64,000 nucleotides of DNA from sequence record NC_019538.1; one strand, given 5' to 3'. Made by a program: the position numbers and the translations under genes. Below the pieces are notes generated by a model. That model searched no databases. It saw nothing but the letters and a program-made list of their open reading frames with translations, and had not been told where the DNA came from. This document shows, piece after piece, positions 33,688-42,845 of the stretch. Position 1 is the first letter of the stretch; every line of letters begins with the position of its first letter.

Positions 33688-34976
33688 TTATTCTACACCG
33701 GTTACCGATTCAAACTTACCTTCTGTAATAAGGAAGGTGATCTTGTCTGAACAATGATACACCATTTTTACGGGAACTTTACTACCGATCTTGAATTCAT
33801 ATTCTACACGAACCACACCAGAATTAAAAGTGGTTTCAACAATTTCGATTTTCCCCAAGTGTTCTTTACGAAGGTCTTTCAAGGTACGGACAATATCAAA
33901 CTTCAATTCGTCCGGAATGGCCGCAACCGCATCATAAAAGTCCTGTTCCTGAACTTTTCGGATCTGGCTTTTGATTACGTTGACGAATTTTTCGATTGAT
34001 TTATTGTTTACGTTGTCAATACGAGATTGTTTCATTTTTAGCTCCTAGATTTGAATGTAAACATTACAGAAACGTGTGGGCTTCTATCGTGGGTTGGGAC
34101 AACAGACCAACATAATACATCATAACCTTTGGTAGATGCAATAGGATCTAGATCATTCAGTAAAGATTCTACGGAGTTCTCAAATGCCCGATATTCATAT
34201 TTTTTCAGAGACTCAAATTCTCTTGACAGTTGAACAAATGATTTTACAACAAATTTACCAGTCCACATAATTAAACCCTCTCCAACATTGGAAGAATAAG
34301 AGTGTGCAACATATCCATGTAAGTCTGATGGTAGATGTCTTGATGGATCTCTTTGAGATATTCCATGGTGTCCCGCCCGTTGAAAGACCAGCTAACAACC
34401 GCAGCATTATCAATCTCTCGCAACGGGTTTCCGTTGAAATTAACAATGATGAAATTCTCACTTCGTGGGATCTCGATGAGCCATTCGTTTTTCCCAGCCA
34501 ATGATTTACCTTTTGAAACCACGACTTTTCGTACATCTTCATTGATAAATTGGATTTTCATAAAACACCTCTCGTTTGTTTGAGAACCCATAGTACCAGA
34601 AACAAAAATGGAGTCAAGCGATTTCTCGCAAGACCCCATAAAATTATTTCTTGAGCATACCAGTAAGTTTGTGGTGTGCTAGGTTAAAGCTTTGTTGTGT
34701 ATCTGACTGAGACCGTTTCCAAGTAATCTTACCAAAATCCTCAATAGGACTGATGTTTACCTTGGTAATATCTACGTTTTCTTTCACCCAACGTTTCCAT
34801 TCCCCCATCTGGATTTCGTGGAATCGTTTAGCTTCGCGCATACCAGCAGTATTCATTTTTGCTTGAACACTGTTCAACATAGAAATGTATTGGTTTACAA
34901 TCCGGTTGTAATCCTTGGATGTTTTCATTTGAAACGATTCATCGATACGTTCGAAAAATTCTTTGTTCTTAATCAT
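33688..34976 (-). CDS. Hypothetical genes 33688-34035, 34038-34268, 34271-34561 and 34644-34976
   Basis: ORFs with RBS. Confidence 0.68.
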
Positions 34977-34987
34977 TTTAGTAATCC

Positions 34988-35902
34988 TCAGAACTTATTA
35001 GCAGCAACGCGATCATACACAATGACTTTCTTAAATTTGGTTGGCTTTTCGAAATCTTTATCGTCATCACTGTCATTGTCTGGAAAAGCTACCGTACCTT
35101 TTTTAAGGTCTAGTTTGACCACAAAGGTTTTTTGATCACCAAAACGTCCCCCTCCGCTCATATCTACACGAACAACCCCTTTACCAAAATATTTGGTATC
35201 ATGGCTATCTGGAATCATAAGTGCAAAAGTTTTATTGTTTGGCATAAGAAGATGACCAAATTGTGCAATAGAACCAGTTTCACGTTCTTTAGCTGGGGTA
35301 TCACTATATTCAATGATACCAAGGCTTTCGTTAATCGTCATAGCTTCCATCAATTCTTCTTCGATGTCAAAGATTATAACAGAATCTATATCATGTTCAA
35401 GTAATTCTTTTGCTTCGTTTAACATACCAACGAATTCATCTTGGATCATTAGGTATTCAACCATAGATTCCATCATTGCGCTTTTTTGACCAGCAGCAGT
35501 TTGTTTATGAGAGATCTTACCACCGGTTCCTTTTGGGAACACAGTAACAATATTGATTTCGCGACCTTTTACAGAACCAACTACAGAACGGTTTTCAGAT
35601 TGGGAATGGAACATATAAGTACCACTCTTAATCTTGTTTGCTTCTACGTGTTTTACCATCTTACGAGCAAAATCTTTCCACTCTTCCGCCGTTTTAGCAG
35701 CAGCTCGTTGGTGTGCACGGGCTTGAGCATGGACAGAACTTTGAACTTTAAACGCACCAACTCGCATAGAGACAGGTAGCTTTGATTGTTTACTAAGTTC
35801 AAATTCCTGATCTTTAGTAAGTTCGACCTTTTGATTTCGGCTTTGTGCCATTTGTTCGTCAAACCGGGTCAGGGTTGCGAACAAGTCTTTAGTTTTCAAC
35901 AT
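34988..35902 (-). CDS. Putative late-expressed internal head (capsid-packaged) polyprotein with a BECR-like domain
   Basis: Start at 35902 after AAAGGA RBS and late promoter; S.HA..R..QR...IVTVFPK domain; cluster of (L/I/M)xE sites at residues 143-192. Confidence 0.55.
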   Translation of the reverse strand: MLKTKDLFATLTRFDEQMAQSRNQKVELTKDQEFELSKQSKLPVSMRVGAFKVQSSVHAQARAHQRAAAKTAEEWKDFARKMVKHVEANKIKSGTYMFHSQSENRSVVGSVKGREINIVTVFPKGTGGKISHKQTAAGQKSAMMESMVEYLMIQDEFVGMLNEAKELLEHDIDSVIIFDIEEELMEAMTINESLGIIEYSDTPAKERETGSIAQFGHLLMPNNKTFALMIPDSHDTKYFGKGVVRVDMSGGGRFGDQKTFVVKLDLKKGTVAFPDNDSDDDKDFEKPTKFKKVIVYDRVAANKF

Positions 35903-35930
35903 GTTGTTTTCCTTTCGTAGATCTACATAT

Positions 35931-36218
35931 CTATTTAGGAAGTAGGAAAACCTCAACAAGTACAGCAATAATACTCACGCCAACCACAATAACCTTGTGT
36001 TTCTTTTTCTTCGATACCATAAAAGCAGTACCTAAGCCAAATCCGGTTGCAAACAGAGCAAAAGTCATAACATCCCCTTAAGACATGGCAAGGAGAGACA
36101 GGGAAGAAAGACCAGCTACGATATAGCCAGTAGTGAAAGCGCGTTGATATGCTGCGCGGGTAGCCTGTACCGATTTTACGAAACAAACACCCGCAACAAA
36201 ACCAAGTGCGATTACCAT
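35931..36218 (-). CDS. Two small membrane peptides, 36078-36218 (46 aa) and 35931-36068 (45 aa, absent from the track)
   Basis: Both have an RBS and hydrophobic helices; MTFALFATGFGLG...VFLLPK. Confidence 0.6.
35932..35939 (-). promoter_or_regulatory. T4-type late promoter (CCTAAATA, variant of TATAAATA)
   Basis: TAAATA 30 nt upstream of the ATG at 35902, overlapping the stop of the upstream ORF. Confidence 0.6.
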
Positions 36219-36283
36219 CTCTTTCTTCCTTCTCGTTAGTTGATATGAGTAGTATACACGAATACTGACGATGGTCAACTACT

Positions 36284-36670
36284 TTAAAAAAGAATTTTCA
36301 CGATAGTAAAAATTATTGCGTAATGAACAAGATGATGTGCCATTTGGTCTAGACCGAGATGATACCAAAATACTGGTTCTTGTGGTGTGTGACCTCGACT
36401 TAATTCAACTTTCATTTTATCAATAAAGAAGTGAGATATAAAATCAAAAAGAGTAAGACCAAGTACAACCCATATGTTCAAACCCATAATGATCGCAACG
36501 AACATTGTCATTAATGCATGTACCGTACAATGTGCTGCAAGGGGTGTAACCCAACCAACCTCTTTAAATTTCCCAAGCATATACTTACCTTGTAACAGGT
36601 AATCCGCTGAAAAATGTTTTATTTGGTAAAACACCAACAACCAAAAAATAGTACTAACAGGTTCAATCAT
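36284..36670 (-). CDS. DUF3307-family membrane protein
   Basis: HF.AD..LQ...K, HCTVH, HFFID..K and GLDQMAH motifs with TM segments. Confidence 0.8.
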   Translation of the reverse strand: MIEPVSTIFWLLVFYQIKHFSADYLLQGKYMLGKFKEVGWVTPLAAHCTVHALMTMFVAIIMGLNIWVVLGLTLFDFISHFFIDKMKVELSRGHTPQEPVFWYHLGLDQMAHHLVHYAIIFTIVKILF

Positions 36671-37818
36671 TTCAAAAAGTCCTTACAAACAATGTTCTCA
36701 TCAAATACTTCTGGGTATCCAAGAAGGTTCACCAGACGTTGACGACATGCTACCACGTTAGATTCCACTATGTCAAAACCAAAAAGCTGATGAGAAATGG
36801 TTTCCTTATCATGACCCATATCTAGCCTACGCTCGGCAATCCGGTACAAAATGTTACCGTCACCACAGGCAGGGTCACAAAAGGAACCATCCCAGTTAAC
36901 AACACGGTCAAGTAACATATCAGTAACCACGTCTGGGGTAAAAACCTCGTGGGTGGATTTCTGTCGCTCTAAGTTAAACTCGGAAGCAACCCGATTCTTA
37001 TCCTCTGTGTGCGTCCCTGAATGGTATCTTCCTCGTGTTTCTACTTCATAGTAGGGTAACACACCCATATAGTCACAAATCCACTCACGAATCGTTGGAA
37101 GAGGTTTGGTGAGGTCTGGATATGGTACTGATGCCAGAGTACCAGAATCTAAATGCTGGTTGTTTTTATAAAGCGCCAAGAAAACTCTAGCATAATCCGA
37201 CTTGATATACTCCAAGAATTTATTCGCTTCTTCTAAAGTATCAAACCCATAGTGATGCCATTTAAGATTTGGTTTCGTTTCTACTATGTATTCTTTAGGG
37301 ACCATAGTAAAGAAATCTGCGTTAAACCTTTCCCCAGCGATTGGGACATGACCACGGATCAAACCAATATTGACGAAATAGTTTCCTTCTGGATTTTGGC
37401 TATTTAAAAGATTCTTTTGAACTGGTAACGCTTCATACAGCTTTGATATCTGGGTTCCGAAATAGTTTAGTTCATCAACTTTCATCCTATTTCTACCGTT
37501 CGTCATAGGCCCGTATACATCGATATACCCACTAAATGGAACACCAATTATTGTATGGGTTATGGATAATGGTACAAATAATCCAGCAGAAAAATAGAGG
37601 TTCCCATCAATTAGTTCCATTGATGTTATGTTTTCGCCGACTATCTTTTTAAATTCAACCACCCGTTTTTGTTCTTTGACTGGACGACGATTAAAAAATG
37701 GGGCAGATGGATGAACACAAATTATCTCTCTCCCAATAGAACTCGCTTTGTTAAAGAAGTCTAAGTGGAGATTCCTGTTATATGGTGGATTCATTATCAC
37801 GTAATCATATGAAATCAT
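36667..37818 (-). CDS. Amino (N6A/N4C) DNA methyltransferase, circularly permuted gamma-like
   Basis: NPPY at residues 10-13; EVFTP 291-295, DPACGDG 315-321, GFDI 347-350, NIVCKDFL at the C-terminus. Confidence 0.8.
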   Translation of the reverse strand: MISYDYVIMNPPYNRNLHLDFFNKASSIGREIICVHPSAPFFNRRPVKEQKRVVEFKKIVGENITSMELIDGNLYFSAGLFVPLSITHTIIGVPFSGYIDVYGPMTNGRNRMKVDELNYFGTQISKLYEALPVQKNLLNSQNPEGNYFVNIGLIRGHVPIAGERFNADFFTMVPKEYIVETKPNLKWHHYGFDTLEEANKFLEYIKSDYARVFLALYKNNQHLDSGTLASVPYPDLTKPLPTIREWICDYMGVLPYYEVETRGRYHSGTHTEDKNRVASEFNLERQKSTHEVFTPDVVTDMLLDRVVNWDGSFCDPACGDGNILYRIAERRLDMGHDKETISHQLFGFDIVESNVVACRQRLVNLLGYPEVFDENIVCKDFLK

Positions 37819-38394
37819 ATCTGTTCACCTACATACATCATCACCGTAATATCTTCTTTATTACTCCTAGTCTGTTGACCGACATATACGTGTCGAGACG
37901 GATACCCCATTTCTATAATCTTTATAGCTTTTTCGTAATTTGTAGTTGGAATAATTCCCTCATAACAAACCAATTCTTTGGCCCCGTCTTCATGAGCCCA
38001 ACATGGATACCCATCTTCATTAATATAAAATACGGGGCCACCAATTCTATGTAGCATAAACACCTCTAAAAGTTAAGGGGGCTAATGCCCCCAATTATCA
38101 TAGACAAATAATATCTTGATGGAAAATGTCGTTTTCAACATCACGATAAGAACGGACGTCACCAACATAATCTCGATAAAATTTAATTAGGTCTTCCAAC
38201 TTCCGGAACGAACTATGAACCTCTTTTGTAAAGAACAAGTTTCGTAGTGCGTCATAATACACAACGTGGCTTTCCATCACATGATATCGGTCTTCCATAC
38301 CGAAATAGTCTGGTTCATATACAACGGAAATAAAAGAGATCTTACCGATTTGAATGTTTTCCAACAGTTTAAATTCGTCAAATTTAATATTCAT
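37815..38394 (-). CDS. Hypothetical genes 37815-38063 and 38098-38394
   Basis: ORFs with RBS. Confidence 0.65.
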
Positions 38395-38854
38395 ATTGAT
38401 TCTCCGTAAGGATTGTAATTACTCGATCTTGGTTTCTTACTACTCGTAAAGAATCTGGTGGATTCTTTACAAATTCTCGGATTCGGATTTGTGCATTTAC
38501 ATCTAGGATACCAACCCGACCCATATACCAGACAGTATACATATCTCTATCTGCTGGTGTAAATTCTGGATATTCTTTAATGATATCGGAGTCTTTAACT
38601 TTGATATTTTCCACCCGCTGGAAATACCTTACAATAAAATGGTCTGTTAGGTTTAATACCCCGACAGTTCTCCATGTACTGTAATTATAATGATCTTCTA
38701 TCCTACCACCTAGATAATCACCGGGCTGTAATGTGTATTCTACCTCTTCTAAAATACGATGGCAATTTGCTATCTCATCGTTCATTAGTTGAATTTGGCG
38801 ATTAATCTTGGTCACTCTAGAGGGTTTAATTCCACGAATACGACGACCGTTCAT
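38384..38854 (-). CDS. Hypothetical protein with a BECR/DUF4258-like C-terminal motif
   Basis: LTDHFIVRYFQRV...VVRNQDRVITIL. Confidence 0.45.
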   Translation of the reverse strand: MNGRRIRGIKPSRVTKINRQIQLMNDEIANCHRILEEVEYTLQPGDYLGGRIEDHYNYSTWRTVGVLNLTDHFIVRYFQRVENIKVKDSDIIKEYPEFTPADRDMYTVWYMGRVGILDVNAQIRIREFVKNPPDSLRVVRNQDRVITILTENQYEY

Positions 38855-38856
38855 AA

Positions 38857-39318
38857 TTAAACCCCCGGATATTCAATACGATTCTCGTTTATCTCGTTCC
38901 AATAATCGTCACTCTCATTATTACCTTCGTCGTCATCCCAGTCTCGACGGGTCCAATCCTGATTTTCTGAATCCCAGAATGCAATACACCAATCACCAAC
39001 TCCCTCGTATCCATCATCAGCACCATATCCATATCGGATTTTTTGAACCCAATAATAACCAGATTTTCGGTTCTGTACTCGGAGTTCGTCCAACTCCTTA
39101 TTCTTTGTTTCTGCTAGTTCCTGAGCAAACTTAATTACTACTGGGATTAGGTCAGGATGAATAATAGACCGACCCCAACCAGACCAAATAATAATCTTAC
39201 CGTCTTTATTGGGCCATGAGAACTCTTTGAGGAACTTGTAATCACTCATAACAACAGACAATTCCCAGTTGTTGCTCTTTCGTTCACCCAGTTCGTTTAC
39301 AATCCATTTTGCATTCAT
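38857..39318 (-). CDS. Hypothetical protein
   Basis: ORF with RBS; Trp/Asp-rich C-terminus. Confidence 0.7.
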   Translation of the reverse strand: MNAKWIVNELGERKSNNWELSVVMSDYKFLKEFSWPNKDGKIIIWSGWGRSIIHPDLIPVVIKFAQELAETKNKELDELRVQNRKSGYYWVQKIRYGYGADDGYEGVGDWCIAFWDSENQDWTRRDWDDDEGNNESDDYWNEINENRIEYPGV

Positions 39319-39356
39319 AATTTTATCCTCTTTGAATTTTTAAATATTATTACATA

Positions 39357-40630
39357 TTATTTTTCTTGTGTCAACTTACACATAGCAACACAATAATCGA
39401 CAAAAGATTTTATATCTGGGTTTTTCTCTATTGGGTCTAAGTTCACTTCCGGTTGTTCTTTCACTTCCACTGTTTTAAGTAAATCCCAAACAAGGTCAAC
39501 GTGTCTGGTCCGGATACAAACCCGGATACTGTTGAATTCAATGATAATGAAAAATCTATTAGAAGAACTATCACCCCGAGGGAAGCTGTAATAAGATACA
39601 TCAAATGAATTATCGTTCATCCCAATTGCTTCATAAGAAAGTCTACCATATTTATCGCCTGTAAGTGACACATCTCCATATTTTTTAAGATTTTTGATAA
39701 AAGAACGTACTTGTCCTTTACTAGACAAATAAACAGAATTTCTAAGCATTGGCATTGCAATATAAGATCTATGTGTATTAAGCCAAAGTTCCGAACTGTA
39801 ATTAGAAAACCACATTGTATCTGATAAAGCTTTTGCAACATGACGAAGGTCATCACATGTTGCATTCTTTGCAATCATACGAGCATTCTTGTTTAAATAT
39901 AGAGGTGGTTTACTGGTCTTCTCCTTTGATGTGTTGTTCAAGTCTTCGGTATCATGTTTAGAATACATTTTAACCATTACACAGAACCCCTAACATTAAC
40001 AATACAATAGTTGACAAATGATGAAATTTCAGTGGACATCATAGACGTTGTTTCGTTTTTTGGTGCTTTATGGTATTGATTGTAAAAATCTCTGATACTA
40101 TTAATATAATTTGTTCTGATCCAGAAGATTTCACCATTATATTTTGCTTCCAACATAGTCTTATCTTTATCATGATAATCCCGTTCATACAATTTATAAG
40201 AGGTAAAATCGTTGTTGGAATCATTCATCCCCAATGCAGACCAAGATAACTGGACAACCTTTTCAAGTTTCAATTCCCCTGAATTGCACAATTCCTTAAT
40301 AAAATTATCTAATTCGGATTCGAGGTCAACACAAGCAACAAACGGGGTCTTTGTGTTTTTATAACTACGATACTTGTTTTCGTAGTTATGTGACATAGTT
40401 GGAAACTTTACAGTTTTATCTAGAATCGTTGCAATTTCCACTAAACCGTGATTACGAAGATATTCAGCATTTTTGTTGCGGAGAGCCTTAATCTTGGTTT
40501 TGTCTACGTCATCTCCGTTCATACCGATATATGAATTGTTTTTGGGTTTTGATCCTGTATGTACGACACCATTATACATGGATGAAAGCTCCTGTTCGAT
40601 TTCGTTTAGACTAATATCATACATTTTCAT
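39357..40630 (-). CDS. Tandem paralog pair 39357-39977 and 39977-40630
   Basis: Shared LS..A.GMND and terminal I.SFV.YC motifs. Confidence 0.75.
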
Positions 40631-40648
40631 GATGTTTCCTTAAAATTA

Positions 40649-40676
40649 AAGGGGATTGTCTTTCGACAACCCCCTT
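40649..40676 (-). terminator. Intrinsic terminator after the PspA-like gene
   Basis: 12-bp stem (11/12) with a T-rich flank. Confidence 0.65.
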
Positions 40677-40685
40677 ATCTTACTA

Positions 40686-41285
40686 TTACTTGCTCAGGGA
40701 GTCAATGTAATCTTGTACTTCGATATCACTTACTTGAGTGACCTTATCACCGGTAAAGGTGTTAACTCGGGTAAGAACTTCGCTCACATCGATATCAACC
40801 AGTGCTGCGGCTTCTACCACATCTTCTGCGGAAGCAACACCAAGCTCATTTGCAGCCTTAGTTTCACGGATGAATTCCAGTTTTACTTGGAGGTCGTTGA
40901 GTTGATCATTGAGGCGGACGGTAGCAACCTCGATCTCGGAGCGCATACCAACAAACTCATCTGCTTTCTTGGTGAGGGCCTCAGAAGTCCGACGATACAG
41001 GATACCCAGCTTACCGTGACTTTCCACATTAACCCCTTTCTTGAGAAGACCACGAATCTCGTTTTCTTTCTTAACTGCGAGATTGGTTTTCTCTTCTGCC
41101 AGACTACGGAGCCGTTTTTCTTCTTTGATAGACTTGACGTGTGCAGTACGGAGACGGGTGATTTCGTTGATAATCCGTTCCGCTGCCCCAGTATACTGAT
41201 CTTCGACTGTAACGTTTTTGGTGGTGAAGGTCAGGATTTTAGCGGTGATAAATGCCCAGATTTGTTTCAGAGTTTTCATTTTCAT
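40686..41285 (-). CDS. PspA/IM30-like coiled-coil protein
   Basis: N-terminal amphipathic helix, long heptad helices, ALxxG-like LLKKG turn, ~200 aa. Confidence 0.5.
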   Translation of the reverse strand: MKMKTLKQIWAFITAKILTFTTKNVTVEDQYTGAAERIINEITRLRTAHVKSIKEEKRLRSLAEEKTNLAVKKENEIRGLLKKGVNVESHGKLGILYRRTSEALTKKADEFVGMRSEIEVATVRLNDQLNDLQVKLEFIRETKAANELGVASAEDVVEAAALVDIDVSEVLTRVNTFTGDKVTQVSDIEVQDYIDSLSK

Positions 41286-41315
41286 TTCCTTTTTATTGAG
41301 AATTGTTTAACTATT

Positions 41316-41642
41316 TTAGTTCAAAGCGACAATCGATACTACAGTGTGAGTTTCAGGTCCAAACTCAAACCCACAAGAATGTTCCGATGAGTATGAGAAT
41401 TCAAGAGTTCCTGTATCAAGAACTTTTTCTGCGGATTGTATAGTATCAAATACTATAATCCGAGAGTCGTTATGGAAATCATTATGAGGAACTATTTCTA
41501 CCTCTGTATCGCCATCATAACTCCAAACTTCTTTAGTAAAACGAATCGGTTTACGAGAAAGTTTTTCAATAATAACCCACATAATCTTACCATCCTTCCA
41601 TTGGGAACTCAAGATAAACTTGTGCGTTCCGACGAATTTCAT
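41316..41642 (-). CDS. Hypothetical protein (true start probably ~41582)
   Basis: ORF; the upstream extension overlaps the next gene. Confidence 0.6.
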   Translation of the reverse strand: MKFVGTHKFILSSQWKDGKIMWVIIEKLSRKPIRFTKEVWSYDGDTEVEIVPHNDFHNDSRIIVFDTIQSAEKVLDTGTLEFSYSSEHSCGFEFGPETHTVVSIVALN

Positions 41643-42273
41643 TACTGATCTTCTTTACTCTGTCTGTATTACGGGATACACGACCAAACCAGCGCCAACC
41701 GTTACCAATTGTCTTTGACCCAGTGTGCCATGTTTGCCAATCAAACTGCAACAACGTCCGGTCAGGAGCAGTATGCAACACCAGTTCGCCATTGTCAATC
41801 TTTTCCAAAACTTCTTTGTGCCATTGACGGTAAATGAGTTCTCCATCTGGAACTTGACTAAACTCGGCTTCACCTACTGCAAAATGAGTAGGGCAGATAT
41901 CACCATTAACCAAACCAAGGATATGATCAGACAGATAACGAGGGTTGTCATAGTCGGGTTGCCCTGCTGTGATGAAATGCTGACCTACCGGGATGTCTGG
42001 ACGCGGAACGTCATCATGATGATAGCCGGGGATTGCGGGATACCAACCGGGCATAAGCATGTGTACACGAGAGTCAAACACAACATCCCCATATTGCCAT
42101 TCTTCCGGTAGATTGGCGATGAAACTCCTAGTTATAGGACCACCATGATTTATAGCAAAAGCCAAATCGCAGTTGAAGAACATAGGTTCGTTCTTGATTT
42201 CGTCATTTGATACATGTTGAGCGAACTGTCCGAGATTCTGGAACTTGGAATTAAAAATCTTTTTGCTATTCAT
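41587..42273 (-). CDS. 2OG-Fe(II) dioxygenase-like (double-stranded beta-helix) protein
   Basis: PGYHHDD (HxD), distal WHTG His, RWFGRV basic residue. Confidence 0.6.
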   Translation of the reverse strand: MNSKKIFNSKFQNLGQFAQHVSNDEIKNEPMFFNCDLAFAINHGGPITRSFIANLPEEWQYGDVVFDSRVHMLMPGWYPAIPGYHHDDVPRPDIPVGQHFITAGQPDYDNPRYLSDHILGLVNGDICPTHFAVGEAEFSQVPDGELIYRQWHKEVLEKIDNGELVLHTAPDRTLLQFDWQTWHTGSKTIGNGWRWFGRVSRNTDRVKKISNEIRRNAQVYLEFPMEGW

Positions 42274-42275
42274 AA

Positions 42276-42488
42276 TTAATCCTTATTGAAATAATCATCG
42301 GCGCTATCGGAAGTCAGTGGGTCATGTTCGCTAGTATCATATAACTCAACATTTACTTTGGTAGAGATACTACTACAATTGTCTCGGTGTTCTAAACTAA
42401 CCCACAAAGATATGTTCTCTTTGATGTAACGAATCAAATACTCTTGATTTTGCTCAACCCACTGTTCATAAGTCATTTTAGTATCCAT
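42276..42488 (-). CDS. Hypothetical protein
   Basis: Start at 42488 after AAGGAG and the promoter at 42506-42545. Confidence 0.7.
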   Translation of the reverse strand: MDTKMTYEQWVEQNQEYLIRYIKENISLWVSLEHRDNCSSISTKVNVELYDTSEHDPLTSDSADDYFNKD

Positions 42489-42505
42489 GGTTATCTCCTT
42501 TTGTT

Positions 42506-42545
42506 TCGACAAGAAGAGTATCCCATTTCTGAGATACCCAGTCAA
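42506..42545 (-). promoter_or_regulatory. Early promoter TTGACT-N17-GATACT, near-copy of 5927-5966
   Basis: -35 at 42540-42545, -10 at 42517-42522. Confidence 0.75.
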
Positions 42546-42548
42546 CAA

Positions 42549-42845
42549 TTATTTTGAAAAAGATTTGTGAATAGCTACAGCTTCCCATACCTTATTAAAT
42601 GCATCTTCAAATGCATCATTTTCAGCGTATTTCCTGTCGTATTTTTCTGGATCTAATCCACCAGAATTGACACCATGAAAAACTAAACCGTTTTTTAATG
42701 TAATTATACAGAATAGATATCTGTTATGCTTTTCAACAATACCATCCACTCCATATACACCATTTGTGTTATCAATACCCTGTTTTGCGGTAAACCAAAA
42801 AACAGTACTGATATAACTTCCTACTTCTTCTTTGCTTATTTTCAT
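42549..42845 (-). CDS. Phage gp49/gp66-family protein (Acb4-like nucleotide-sponge candidate)
   Basis: I...FTA..G...FCIITLKNGLVFHG...DPEKYD...A...AFNKVW matches the family pattern FCVLVLRNGFTVTG..SPENFD...A.NKIW. Confidence 0.7.
   Translation of the reverse strand: MKISKEEVGSYISTVFWFTAKQGIDNTNGVYGVDGIVEKHNRYLFCIITLKNGLVFHGVNSGGLDPEKYDRKYAENDAFEDAFNKVWEAVAIHKSFSK

Noticed and set aside
40656-41390. 244-aa ORF overlapping the PspA-like gene
   Set aside because: Its translation reads like the antisense frame of 40686-41285 and it has no independent signals
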